Shown here in pieces: positions 1 to 14,400 of a DNA stretch of 64,000 nucleotides. This DNA is from Yuukianura sp. NJ FZ-2021 (Eukaryota). The stretch covers positions 6,386,001-6,450,000 of the forward strand of contig CM102290.1 in assembly GCA_046563655.1 (NCBI GenBank), read 5' to 3'. The translations under genes were made by a program, and so were the position numbers. Under the pieces are notes generated by a model. That model saw nothing but the letters and a program-made list of their open reading frames with translations. It did no database searches and was not told where the DNA came from. Positions within the stretch are counted from its first letter, which is position 1. The number at the start of each line of letters is the position of its first letter.

Positions 1-2479
1 TGAAAGTGGGTTCCTGTAGCACTTTTTATGAGGATTTCAAAAATGTAGTTGACTTTTACCCAGCATCGTTCCGGAATGCATTTCTTTTGAATTCTCTGTT
101 TTGAAACATGAATTTTCATAAATAAAGGTAACAAGATGAGGGACGACACAGCAAGTGAAAGTGGGTTCCTGTAGCCCTTTTTATGAGGATTTCAAAAATA
201 TAATTTACTTTCTGTTCATTCTCACATTTGCATGTTCATTCTCACAAATTTAAGTCGTTTTGCGTCAAAATGGTGCTCGGCATTCCCTGGGTGCCGTATT
301 CCAACCCCAGATAAAATTCGAGGCGGAGCGATTTATCCCGACTTTTAAGTCCGCCCTATCCAGATTTAATGGCGATCTATCCACACCAATGAGACTTGGG
401 GTCCTGCAGTACGTTTCATAAGGATTTCAGAAAACTAACTCATTTTCTCCCGGCATCGTTCCGCGCGGAGGTTTTTCGAATGTATTGTTTTGAAACAAAT
501 TTTCATAAATAAAGGTAACAAGATGAGGGACGACACAGCAAGTGAAAGTGGGTTCCTGTAGCACTTTTTATGAGGATTTCAAAAATGTAGTTGACTTTTA
601 CCCAGCATCGTTCCGGAATGCATTTCTTTTGAATTCTCTGTTTTGAAACATGAATTTTCATAAATAAAGGTAACAAGATGAGGGACGACACAGCAAGTGA
701 AAGTGGGTTCCTGTAGCCCTTTTTATGAGGATTTCAAAAATATAATTTACTTTCTGTTCATTCTCACATTTGCATGTTCATTCTCACAAATTTAAGTCGT
801 TTTGCGTCAAAATGGTGCTCGGCATTCCCCTGGGTGCCGTATTCCAACCCCAGATAAAATTCGAGGCGGAGCGATTTATCCCGACTTTTAAGTCCGCCCT
901 ATCCAGATTTAATGGCGATCTATCCACACCAATGAGACTTGGGGTCCTGCAGTACGTTTCATAAGGATTTCAGAAAACTAACTCATTTTCTCCCGGCATC
1001 GTTCCGCGCGGAGGTTTTTCGAATGTATTGTTTTGAAACAAATTTTCATAAATATAGGTAACAAGATGAGGGACGACACAGCAAGTGAAAGTGGGTTCCT
1101 GTAGCACTTTTTATGAGGATTTCAAAAATGTAGTTGACTTTTACCCAGCATCGTTCCGGAATGCATTTCTTTTGAATTCTCTGTTTTGAAACATGAATTT
1201 TCATAAATAAAGGTAACAAGATGAGGGACGACACAGCAAGTGAAAGTGGGTTCCTGTAGCCCTTTTTATGAGGATTTCAAAAATATAATTTACTTTCTGT
1301 TCATTCTCACATTTGCATGTTCATTCTCACAAATTTAAGTCGTTTTGCGTCAAAATGGTGCTCGGCATTCCCCTGGGTGCCGTATTCCAACCCCAGATAA
1401 AATTCGAGGCGGAGCGATTTATCCCGACTTTTAAGTCCGCCCTATCCAGATTTAATGGCGATCTATCCACACCAATGAAACTTGGGGTCCTGCAGTACGT
1501 TTCATAAGGATTTCAGAAAACTAACTCATTTTCTCCCGGCATCGTTCCGCGCGGAGGTTTTTCGAATGTATTGTTTTGAAACAAATTTTCATAAATATAG
1601 GTAACAAGATGAGGGACGACACAGCAAGTGAAAGTGGGTTCCTGTAGCACTTTTTATGAGGATTTCAAAAATGTAGTTGACTTTTACCCAGCATCGTTCC
1701 GGAATGCATTTCTTTTGAATTCTCTGTTTTGAAACATGAATTTTCATAAATAAAGGTAACAAGATGAGGGACGACACAGCAAGTGAAAGTGGGTTCCTGT
1801 AGCCCTTTTTATGAGGATTTCAAAAATATAATTTACTTTCTGTTCATTCTCACATTTGCATGTTCATTCTCACAAATTTAAGTCGTTTTGCGTCAAAATG
1901 GTGCTCGGCATTCCCCTGGGTGCCGTATTCCAACCCCAGATAAAATTCGAGGCGGAGCGATTTATCCCGACTTTTAAGTCCGCCCTATCCAGATTTAATG
2001 GCGATCTATCCACACCAATGAGACTTGGGGTCCTGCAGTACGTTTCATAAGGATTTCAGAAAACTAACTCATTTTCACCCGGCATCGTTCCGCGCGGAGG
2101 TTTTTCGAATGTATTGTTTTGAAACAAATTTTCATAAATAAAGGTAACAAGATGAGGGACGACACAGCAAGTGAAAGTGGGTTCCTGTAGCACTTTTTAT
2201 GAGGATTTCAAAAATGTAGTTGACTTTTACCCAGCATCGTTCCGGAATGCATTTCTTTTGAATTCTCTGTTTTGAAACATGAATTTTCATAAATAAAGGT
2301 AACAAGATGAGGGACGACACAGCAAGTGAAAGTGGGTTCCTGTAGCCCTTTTTATGAGGATTTCAAAAATATAATTTACTTTCTGTTCATTCTCACATTT
2401 GCATGTTCATTCTCACAAATTTAAGTCGTTTTGCGTCAAAATGGTGCTCGGCATTCCCCTGGGTGCCGTATTCCAACCC
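1..2479. repeat. Satellite array, subfamily I block, 543-bp units (236+152+155-bp monomers)
   Basis: Shared box starts at 550, 705, 941 and 1093 (spacings 155, 236, 152). The ORF track repeats every 543 bp. Diagnostic motifs: GGCATTCCCCTGG, TCCGCGCGGA, GGGGTCCTGCAG. Confidence 0.97.
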
Positions 2480-5400
2480 AAGATAAAATCCGAGACAGAG
2501 CGGTTCATCCAGACTTTTAAGTACACGCTAACCGGATTTAATTGCGATATATCCACGATAATTAAACTTGGGGTTCCTGTAGTACTTTTCAGGAGGATTT
2601 CAGAAAAGTAACTCATTTTCACCCGGCATTGCTACGCGTGGGAGTTTTTCGAATGATTTGTTTTGAAACAAATTTTCATAAAACAAAGTCACGAGATGAG
2701 GGACGACACAGCAAGTGAAAGTGGGTTCCTGTAGCTCTTTTTATGAGGATTTCAAAAATGTAATTTACTTTTACCCAGCATCGTTCCGGAATGCATTTCT
2801 TTTGAATTCTTTGTTTTGAAACATGAATTTTCATAAATAAAGGTAACAAGATGACTGACGACACAGCAAGTGAAAGTGGGTTCCTGTAGCACTTTTTATG
2901 AGGATTTCAAAAATGTAATTTACTTTCTGTTCATTCTCACATTTGCATGTTCATTCTCACAAATTTAAGTCGTTTTGCGTCAAAATGGTGCTCGACATTG
3001 CCCTGGGTGCCGTATACCAACCCAACATAAAATCCGAGACAGAGCGGTTCATCCAGAGTTTCAAGTACACGCTAACCGGATTTAATTGCGATATATCCAC
3101 GATAATTAAACTTGGGTTCCTGTAGTACTTTTCAGAAGGATTTCAGAAAAGTAACTCATTTTCACCCGGCATTGCTACGCGTGGGAGTTTTTCGAATGAT
3201 TTGTTTTGATATAAATTTTCATAAAATAAAGTCACGAGATGAGGGACGACACAGGAAGTGAAAGTGGGTTGCTGTAGCCCTTTTTATGAGGATTTCAAAA
3301 ATGTAATTTACTTTCTGTTCATTCTCACATTTGCATATTCATTCTCACAAGTTTAAGTCGTTTTGCGTCAAAATGGTGCTCGACATTGCCCTGGGTGCCG
3401 TATACCAACCCAACATAAAATCCGAGACAGAGCGGTTCATCCAGAGTTTCAAGTACACGCTAACCGGATTTAATTGCGATATATCCACGATAATTAAACT
3501 TGGGTTCCTGTAGTACTTTTCAGAAGGATTTCAGAAAAGTAACTCATTTTCACCCGGCATTGCTACGCGTGGGAGTTTTTCGAATGATTTGTTTTGAAAT
3601 AAATTTTCATAAAATAAAGTCACGAGATGAGGGACGACACAGCAAGTGAAAGTGGGTTCCTGTAGCCCTTTTTATGAGGATTTCAAAAATATAGTTGACT
3701 TTTACCCAGCATCGTTCCGGAATGCATTTCTTTTGAATTCTTTGTTTTGAAACATGAATTTTCATAAATAAAGGTAACAAGATGACTGACGACACAGCAA
3801 GTGAAAGTGGGTTCCTGTAGCACTTTTTATGAGGATTTCAAAAATATAATTTACTTTCTGTTCATTCTCACATTTGCATGTTCATTCTCACAAATTTAAG
3901 TCGTTTTGCGTCAAAATGGTGCTCGACATTGCCCTGGGTGGCGCACACCAACCCAAGATAAAATCCGAGGCAGAGCGGTTCATCCAGACTTTTAAGTACG
4001 CTCTAACCGGATTTAATTGCGATCTATCCACGCCAATTAAACTTGGGTTCCTGTAGTACTTTTCAGGAGGATTTCAGAAAAGTAACTCATTTTCTCCCGG
4101 CATTGCTACGCGTGGGAGTTTTTCGAATGATTTGTTTTGAAATAAATTTTCATAAAATAAAGTCACGAGATGAGGGACGACACAGCAAGTGAAAGTGGGT
4201 TCCTGTAGCCCTTTTTATGAGGATTTCAAAAATATAGTTGACTTTTACCCAGCATCGTTCCGGAATGCATTTCTTTTGAATTCTTTGTTTTGAAACATGA
4301 ATTTTCATAAATAAAGGTAACAAGATGACTGACGACACAGCAAGTGAAAGTGGGTTCCTGTAGCACTTTTTATGAGGATTTCAAAAATGTAATTTACTTT
4401 CTGTTCATTCTCACATTTGCATGTTCATTCTCACAAATTTAAGTCGTTTTGCGTCAAAATGGTGCTCGACATTGCCCTGGGTGGCGCACACCAACCCAAG
4501 ATAAAATCCGAGGCAGAGCGGTTCATCCAGACTTTTAAGTACGCTCCAACCGGATTTAATTGCGATCTATCCACGCCAAATAAACTTGGGTTCCTGTAGT
4601 ACTTTTCAGGAGGATTTCAGAAAAGTAACTCATTTTCACCCGGCATTGCTACGCGTAAGAGTTTTTCGAATGATTTGTTTTGAAATAAATTTTCATAAAA
4701 TAAAGTCACGAGAAGAGGGACGACACAGCAAGTGAAAGTGGGTTCCTGTAGCCCTTTTTATGAGGATTTCAAAAATATAGTTGACTTTTACCCAGCATCG
4801 TTCCGGAATGCATTTCTTTTGAATTCTTTGTTTTGAAACATGAATTTTCATAAATAAAGGTAACAAGATGACTGACGACACAGCAACTGAAAGTGGGTTC
4901 CTGTAGCACTTTTTATGAGGATTTCAAAAATGTAATTTACTTTCTGTTCATTCTCACATTTGCATGTTCATTCTCACAAATTTAAGTCGTTTTGCGTCAA
5001 AATGGTGCTCGACATTGCCCTGGGTGCCGTATACCAACCCAACATAAAATCCGAGACAGAGCGGTTCATCCAGAGTTTCAAGTACACGCTAACCGGATTT
5101 AATTGCAATATATCCACGATAATTAAACTTGGGTTCCTGTAGTACTTTTCAGAAGGATTTCAGAAAAGTAACTCATTTTCACCCGGCATTGCTACGCGTG
5201 GGAGTTTTTCGAATGATTTGTTTTGAAATAAATTTTCATAAAATAAAGTCACGAGATGAGGGACGACACAGCAAGTGAAAGTGGGTTCCTGTAGCCCTTT
5301 TTATGAGGATTTCAAAAATATAGTTGACTTTTACCCAGCATCGTTCCGGAATGCATTTCTTTTGAATTCTTTGTTTTGAAACATGAATTTTCATAAATAA

Positions 5401-8400
5401 AGGTAACAAGATGACTGACGACACAGCAAGTGAAAGTGGGTTCCTGTAGCACTTTTTATGAGGATTTCAAAAATGTAATTTACTTTCTGTTCATTCTCAC
5501 ATTTGCATGTTCATTCTCACAAATTTAAGTCGTTTTGCGTCAAAATGGTGCTCGACATTGCCCTGGGTGGCGCACACCAACCCAAGATAAAATCCGAGGC
5601 AGAGCGGTTCATCCAGACTTTTAAGTACGCTCCAACCGGATTTAATTGCGATCTATCAACGCCAAATAAACTTGGGTTCCTGTAGTACTTTTCAGGAGGA
5701 TTTCAGAAAAGTAACTCATTTTCACCCGGCATTGCTACGCGTAAGAGTTTTTCGAATGATTTGTTTTGAAATAAATTTTCATAAAATAAAGTCACGAGAA
5801 GAGGGACGACACAGCAAGTGAAAGTGGGTTCCTGTAGCCCTTTTTATGAGGATTTCAAAAATATAGTTGACTTTTACCCAGCATCGTTCCGGAATGCATT
5901 TCTTTTGAATTCTTTGTTTTGAAACATGAATTTTCATAAATAAAGGTAACAAGATGACTGACGACACAGCAAGTGAAAGTGGGTTCCTGTAGCACTTTTT
6001 ATGAGGATTTCAAAAATGTAATTTACTTTCTGTTCATTCTCACATTTGCATGTTCATTCTCACAAATTTAAGTCGTTTTGCGTCAAAATGGTGCTCGACA
6101 TTGCCCTGGGTGCCGTATACCAACCCAACATAAAATCCGAGACAGAGCGGTTCATCCAGAGTTTCAAGTACACGCTAACCGGATTTAATTGCGATATATC
6201 CGCGATAATTAAACTTGGGTTCCTGTAGTACTTTTCAGAAGGATTTCAGAAAAGTAACTCATTTTCACCCGGCATTGCTACGCGTGGGAGTTTTTCGAAT
6301 GATTTGTTTTGAAATAAATTTTCATAAAATAAAGTCACGAGATGAGGGACGACACAGCAAGTGAAAGTGGGTTCCTGTAGCCCTTTTTATGAGGATTTCA
6401 AAAATATAGTTGACTTTTACCCAGCATCGTTCCGGAATGCATTTCTTTTGAATTCTTTGTTTTGAAACATGAATTTTCATAAATAAAGGTAACAAGATGA
6501 CTGACGACACAGCAAGTGAAAGTGGGTTCCTGTAGCACTTTTTATGAGGATTTCAAAAATGTAATTTACTTTCTGTTCATTCTCACATTTGCATGTTCAT
6601 TCTCACAAATTTAAGTCGTTTTGCGTCAAAATGGTGCTCGACATTGCCCTGGGTGGCGCACACCAACCCAAGATAAAATCCGAGGCAGAGCGGTTCATCC
6701 AGACTTTTAAGTACGCTCTAACCGGATTTAATTGCGATCTATCCACGCCAATTAAACTTGGGTTCCTGTAGTACTTTTCAGGAGGATTTCAGAAAAGTAA
6801 CTCATTTTCTCCCGGCATTGCTACGCGTGGGAGTTTTTCGAATGATTTGTTTTGAAATAAATTTTCATAAAATAAAGTCACGAGATGAGGGACGACACAG
6901 CAAGTGAAAGTGGGTTCCTGTAGCCCTTTTTATGAGGATTTCAAAAATATAGTTGACTTTTACCCAGCATCGTTCCGGAATGCATTTCTTTTGAATTCTT
7001 TGTTTTGAAACATGAATTTTCATAAATAAAGGTAACAAGATGACTGACGACACAGCAACTGAAAGTGGGTTCCTGTAGCACTTTTTATGAGGATTTCAAA
7101 AATGTAATTTACTTTCTGTTCATTCTCACATTTGCATGTTCATTCTCACAAATTTAAGTCGTTTTGCGTCAAAATGGTGCTCGACATTGCCCTGGGTGGC
7201 GCACACCAACCCAAGATAAAATCCGAGGCAGAGCGGTTCATCCAGACTTTTAAGTACGCTCCAACCGGATTTAATTGCGATCTATCCACGCCAATTAAAC
7301 TTGGGTTCCTGTAGTACTTTTCAGGAGGATTTCAGAAAAGTAACTCATTTTCTCCCGGCATTGCTACGCGTGGGAGTTTTTCGAATGATTTGTTTTGAAA
7401 TAAATTTTCATAAAATAAAGTCACGAGATGAGGGACGACACAGCAAGTGAAAGTGGGTTCCTGTAGCCCTTTTTATGAGGATTTCAAAAATATAGTTGAC
7501 TTTTACCCAGCATCGTTCCGGAATGCATTTCTTTTGAATTCTTTGTTTTGAAACATGAATTTTCATAAATAAAGGTAACAAGATGACTGACGACACAGCA
7601 AGTGAAAGTGGGTTCCTGTAGCACTTTTTATGAGGATTTCAAAAATGTAATTTACTTTCTGTTCATTCTCACATTTGCATGTTCATTCTCACAAATTTAA
7701 GTCGTTTTGCGTCAAAATGGTGCTCGACATTGCCCTGGGTGGCGCACACCAACCCAAGATAAAATCCGAGGCAGAGCGGTTCATCCAGACTTTTAAGTAC
7801 GCTCTAACCGGATTTAATTGCGATCTATCCACGCCAATTAAACTTGGGTTCCTGTAGTACTTTTCAGGAGGATTTCAGAAAAGTAACTCATTTTCTCCCG
7901 GCATTGCTACGCGTGGGAGTTTTTCGAATGATTTGTTTTGAAATAAATTTTCATAAAATAAAGTCACGAGATGAGGGACGACACAGCAAGTGAAAGTGGG
8001 TTCCTGTAGCCCTTTTTATGAGGATTTCAAAAATATAGTTGACTTTTACCCAGCATCGTTCCGGAATGCATTTCTTTTGAATTCTTTGTTTTGAAACATG
8101 AATTTTCATAAATAAAGGTAACAAGATGACTGACGACACAGCAACTGAAAGTGGGTTCCTGTAGCACTTTTTATGAGGATTTCAAAAATGTAATTTACTT
8201 TCTGTTCATTCTCACATTTGCATGTTCATTCTCACAAATTTAAGTCGTTTTGCGTCAAAATGGTGCTCGACATTGCCCTGGGTGGCGCACACCAACCCAA
8301 GATAAAATCCGAGGCAGAGCGGTTCATCCAGACTTTTAAGTACGCTCCAACCGGATTTAATTGCGATCTATCCACGCCAAATAAACTTGGGTTCCTGTAG

Positions 8401-11400
8401 TACTTTTCAGGAGGATTTCAGAAAAGTAACTCATTTTCACCCGGCATTGCTACGCGTAAGAGTTTTTCGAATGATTTGTTTTGAAATAAATTTTCATAAA
8501 ATAAAGTCACGAGAAGAGGGACGACACAGCAAGTGAAAGTGGGTTCCTGTAGCCCTTTTTATGAGGATTTCAAAAATATAGTTGACTTTTACCCAGCATC
8601 GTTCCGGAATGCATTTCTTTTGAATTCTTTGTTTTGAAACATGAATTTTCATAAATAAAGGTAACAAGATGACTGACGACACAGCAACTGAAAGTGGGTT
8701 CCTGTAGCACTTTTTATGGGGATTTCAAAAATGTAATTTACTTTCTGTTCATTCTCACATTTGCATGTTCATTCTCACAAATTTAAGTCGTTTTGCGTCA
8801 AAATGGTGCTCGACATTGCCCTGGGTGCCGTATACCAACCCAACATAAAATCCGAGACAGAGCGGTTCATCCAGAGTTTCAAGTACACGCTAACCGGATT
8901 TAATTGCAATATATCCACGATAATTAAACTTGGGTTCCTGTAGTACTTTTCAGAAGGATTTCAGAAAAGTAACTCATTTTCACCCGGCATTGCTACGCGT
9001 GGGAGTTTTTCGAATGATTTGTTTTGAAATAAATTTTCATAAAATAAAGTCACGAGATGAGGGACGACACAGCAAGTGAAAGTGGGTTCCTGTAGCCCTT
9101 TTTATGAGGATTTCAAAAATATAGTTGACTTTTACCCAGCATCGTTCCGGAATGCATTTCTTTTGAATTCTTTGTTTTGAAACATGAATTTTCATAAATA
9201 AAGGTAACAAGATGACTGACGACACAGCAAGTGAAAGTGGGTTCCTGTAGCACTTTTTATGAGGATTTCAAAAATGTAATTTACTTTCTGTTCATTCTCA
9301 CATTTGCATGTTCATTCTCACAAATTTAAGTCGTTTTGCGTCAAAATGGTGCTCGACATTGCCCTGGGTGGCGCACACCAACCCAAGATAAAATCCGAGG
9401 CAGAGCGGTTCATCCAGACTTTTAAGTACGCTCCAACCGGATTTAATTGCGATCTATCCACGCCAAATAAACTTGGGTTCCTGTAGTACTTTTCAGGAGG
9501 ATTTCAGAAAAGTAACTCATTTTCACCCGGCATTGCTACGCGTAAGAGTTTTTCGAATGATTTGTTTTGAAATAAATTTTCATAAAATAAAGTCACGAGA
9601 AGAGGGACGACACAGCAAGTGAAAGTGGGTTCCTGTAGCCCTTTTTATGAGGATTTCAAAAATATAGTTGACTTTTACCCAGCATCGTTCCGGAATGCAT
9701 TTCTTTTGAATTCTTTGTTTTGAAACATGAATTTTCATAAATAAAGGTAACAAGATGACTGACGACACAGCAAGTGAAAGTGGGTTCCTGTAGCACTTTT
9801 TATGAGGATTTCAAAAATGTAATTTACTTTCTGTTCATTCTCACATTTGCATGTTCATTCTCACAAATTTAAGTCGTTTTGCGTCAAAATGGTGCTCGAC
9901 ATTGCCCTGGGTGCCGTATACCAACCCAACATAAAATCCGAGACAGAGCGGTTCATCCAGAGTTTCAAGTACACGCTAACCGGATTTAATTGCAATATAT
10001 CCACGATAATTAAACTTGGGTTCCTGTAGTACTTTTCAGAAGGATTTCAGAAAAGTAACTCATTTTCACCCGGCATTGCTACGCGTGGGAGTTTTTCGAA
10101 TGATTTGTTTTGAAATAAATTTTCATAAAATAAAGTCACGAGATGAGGGACGACACAGCAAGTGAAAGTGGGTTCCTGTAGCCCTTTTTATGAGGATTTC
10201 AAAAATATAGTTGACTTTTACCCAGCATCGTTCCGGAATGCATTTCTTTTGAATTCTTTGTTTTGAAACATGAATTTTCATAAATAAAGGTAACAAGATG
10301 ACTGACGACACAGCAAGTGAAAGTGGGTTCCTGTAGCACTTTTTATGAGGATTTCAAAAATGTAATTTACTTTCTGTTCATTCTCACATTTGCATGTTCA
10401 TTCTCACAAATTTAAGTCGTTTTTGCGTCAAAATGGTGCTCGACATTGCCCTGGGTGGCGCACACCAACCCAAGATAAAATCCGAGGCAGAGCGGTTCAT
10501 CCAGACTTTTAAGTACGCTCTAACCGGATTTAATTGCGATCTATCCACGCCAATTAAACTTGGGTTCCTGTAGTACTTTTCAGGAGGATTTCAGAAAAGT
10601 AACTCATTTTCTCCCGGCATTGCTACGCGTGGGAGTTTTTCGAATGATTTGTTTTGAAATAAATTTTCATAAAATAAAGTCACGAGATGAGGGACGACAC
10701 AGCAAGTGAAAGTGGGTTCCTGTAGCCCTTTTTATGAGGATTTCAAAAATATAGTTGACTTTTACCCAGCATCGTTCCGGAATGCATTTCTTTTGAATTC
10801 TTTGTTTTGAAACATGAATTTTCATAAATAAAGGTAACAAGATGACTGACGACACAGCAACTGAAAGTGGGTTCCTGTAGCACTTTTTATGGGGATTTCA
10901 AAAATGTAATTTACTTTCTGTTCATTCTCACATTTGCATGTTCATTCTCACAAATTTAAGTCGTTTTGCGTCAAAATGGTGCTCGACATTGCCCTGGGTG
11001 GCGCACACCAACCCAAGATAAAATCCGAGGCAGAGCGGTTCATCCAGACTTTTAAGTACGCTCCAACCGGATTTAATTGCGATCTATCCACGCCAATTAA
11101 ACTTGGGTTCCTGTAGTACTTTTCAGGAGGATTTCAGAAAAGTAACTCATTTTCTCCCGGCATTGCTACGCGTGGGAGTTTTTCGAATGATTTGTTTTGA
11201 AATAAATTTTCATAAAATAAAGTCACGAGATGAGGGACGACACAGCAAGTGAAAGTGGGTTCCTGTAGCCCTTTTTATGAGGATTTCAAAAATATAGTTG
11301 ACTTTTACCCAGCATCGTTCCGGAATGCATTTCTTTTGAATTCTTTGTTTTGAAACATGAATTTTCATAAATAAAGGTAACAAGATGACTGACGACACAG

Positions 11401-14400
11401 CAAGTGAAAGTGGGTTCCTGTAGCACTTTTTATGAGGATTTCAAAAATGTAATTTACTTTCTGTTCATTCTCACATTTGCATGTTCATTCTCACAAATTT
11501 AAGTCGTTTTGCGTCAAAATGGTGCTCGACATTGCCCTGGGTGCCGTATACCAACCCAACATAAAATCCGAGACAGAGCGGTTCATCCAGAGTTTCAAGT
11601 ACACGCTAACCGGATTTAATTGCAATATATCCACGATAATTAAACTTGGGTTCCTGTAGTACTTTTCAGAAGGATTTCAGAAAAGTAACTCATTTTCACC
11701 CGGCATTGCTACGCGTGGGAGTTTTTCGAATGATTTGTTTTGAAATAAATTTTCATAAAATAAAGTCACGAGATGAGGGACGACACAGCAAGTGAAAGTG
11801 GGTTCCTGTAGCCCTTTTTATGAGGATTTCAAAAATATAGTTGACTTTTACCCAGCATCGTTCCGGAATGCATTTCTTTTGAATTCTTTGTTTTGAAACA
11901 TGAATTTTCATAAATAAAGGTAACAAGATGACTGACGACACAGCAAGTGAAAGTGGGTTCCTGTAGCACTTTTTATGAGGATTTCAAAAATGTAATTTAC
12001 TTTCTGTTCATTCTCACATTTGCATGTTCATTCTCACAAATTTAAGTCGTTTTTGCGTCAAAATGGTGCTCGACATTGCCCTGGGTGGCGCACACCAACC
12101 CAAGATAAAATCCGAGGCAGAGCGGTTCATCCAGACTTTTAAGTACGCTCCAACCGGATTTAATTGCGATCTATCCACGCCAAATAAACTTGGGTTCCTG
12201 TAGTACTTTTCAGGAGGATTTCAGAAAAGTAACTCATTTTCACCCGGCATTGCTACGCGTAAGAGTTTTTCGAATGATTTGTTTTGAAATAAATTTTCAT
12301 AAAATAAAGTCACGAGAAGAGGGACGACACAGCAAGTGAAAGTGGGTTCCTGTAGCCCTTTTTATGAGGATTTCAAAAATATAGTTGACTTTTACCCAGC
12401 ATCGTTCCGGAATGCATTTCTTTTGAATTCTTTGTTTTGAAACATGAATTTTCATAAATAAAGGTAACAAGATGACTGACGACACAGCAAGTGAAAGTGG
12501 GTTCCTGTAGCACTTTTTATGAGGATTTCAAAAATGTAATTTACTTTCTGTTCATTCTCACATTTGCATGTTCATTCTCACAAATTTAAGTCGTTTTGCG
12601 TCAAAATGGTGCTCGACATTGCCCTGGGTGCCGTATACCAACCCAACATAAAATCCGAGACAGAGCGGTTCATCCAGAGTTTCAAGTACACGCTAACCGG
12701 ATTTAATTGCAATATATCCACGATAATTAAACTTGGGTTCCTGTAGTACTTTTCAGAAGGATTTCAGAAAAGTAACTCATTTTCACCCAGCATTGCTACG
12801 CGTGGGAGTTTTTCGAATGATTTGTTTTGAAATAAATTTTCATAAAATAAAGTCACGAGATGAGGGACGACACAGCAAGTGAAAGTGGGTTCCTGTAGCA
12901 CTTTTTATGAGGATTTCAAAAATGTAATTTACTTTCGGTTCATTCTCACATTTGCATGTTCATTCTCACAAATTTAAGTCGTTTTTGCGTCAAAATGGTG
13001 CTCGACATTGCCCTGGGTGGCGCACACCAACCCAAGATAAAATCCGAGGCAGAGCGGTTCATCCAGACTTTTAAGTACGCTCTAACCGGATTTAATTGCG
13101 ATCTATCCACGCCAATTAAACTTGGGTTCCTGTAGTACTTTTCAGGCGGATTTCAGAAAAGTAACTCATTTTCTCCCGGCATTGCTACGCGTGGGAGTTT
13201 TTCGAATGATTTGTTTTGAAATAAATTTTCATAAAATAAAGTCACGAGATGAGGGACGACACAGCAAGTGAAAGTGGGTTCCTGTAGCCCTTTTTATGAG
13301 GATTTCAAAAATATAGTTGACTTTTACCCAGCATCGTTCCGGAATGCATTTCTTTTGAATTCTTTGTTTTGAAACATGAATTTTCATAAATAAAGGTAAC
13401 AAGATGACTGACGACACAGCAACTGAAAGTGGGTTCCTGTAGCACTTTTTATGGGGATTTCAAAAATGTAATTTACTTTCTGTTCATTCTCACATTTGCA
13501 TGTTCATTCTCACAAATTTAAGTCGTTTTGCGTCAAAATGGTGCTCGACATTGCCCTGGGTGGCGCACACCAACCCAAGATAAAATCCGAGGCAGAGCGG
13601 TTCATCCAGACTTTTAAGTACGCTCCAACCGGATTTAATTGCGATCTATCCACGCCAATTAAACTTGGGTTCCTGTAGTACTTTTCAGGCGGATTTCAGA
13701 AAAGTAACTCATTTTCTCCCGGCATTGCTACGCGTGGGAGTTTTTCGAATGATTTGTTTTGAAATAAATTTTCATAAAATAAAGTCACGAGAAGAGGGAC
13801 GACACAGCAAGTGAAAGTGGGTTCCTGTAGCCCTTTTTATGAGGATTTCAAAAATATAGTTGACTTTTACCCAGCATCGTTCCGGAATGCATTTCTTTTG
13901 AATTCTTTGTTTTGAAACATGAATTTTCATAAATAAAGGTAACAAGATGACTGACGACACAGCAAGTGAAAGTGGGTTCCTGTAGCACTTTTTATGAGGA
14001 TTTCAAAAATGTAATTTACTTTCTGTTCATTCTCACATTTGCATGTTCATTCTCACAAATTTAAGTCGTTTTGCGTCAAAATGGTGCTCGACATTGCCCT
14101 GGGTGCCGTATACCAACCCAACATAAAATCCGAGACAGAGCGGTTCATCCAGAGTTTCAAGTACACGCTAACCGGATTTAATTGCAATATATCCACGATA
14201 ATTAAACTTGGGTTCCTGTAGTACTTTTCAGAAGGATTTCAGAAAAGTAACTCATTTTCACCCAGCATTGCTACGCGTGGGAGTTTTTCGAATGATTTGT
14301 TTTGAAATAAATTTTCATAAAATAAAGTCACGAGATGAGGGACGACACAGCAAGTGAAAGTGGGTTCCTGTAGCACTTTTTATGAGGATTTCAAAAATGT

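Noticed and set aside
280..292. 1-bp homopolymer differences (CCC vs CCCC at ~286; also ~16405, ~32331, ~38766, ~42101)
   Set aside because: Singletons in homopolymer runs could be sequencing or consensus errors, so no biological meaning is assigned.
941..1092. CENP-B box in the satellite
   Set aside because: I found no match by eye to the TTCG....A..CGGG core on either strand.
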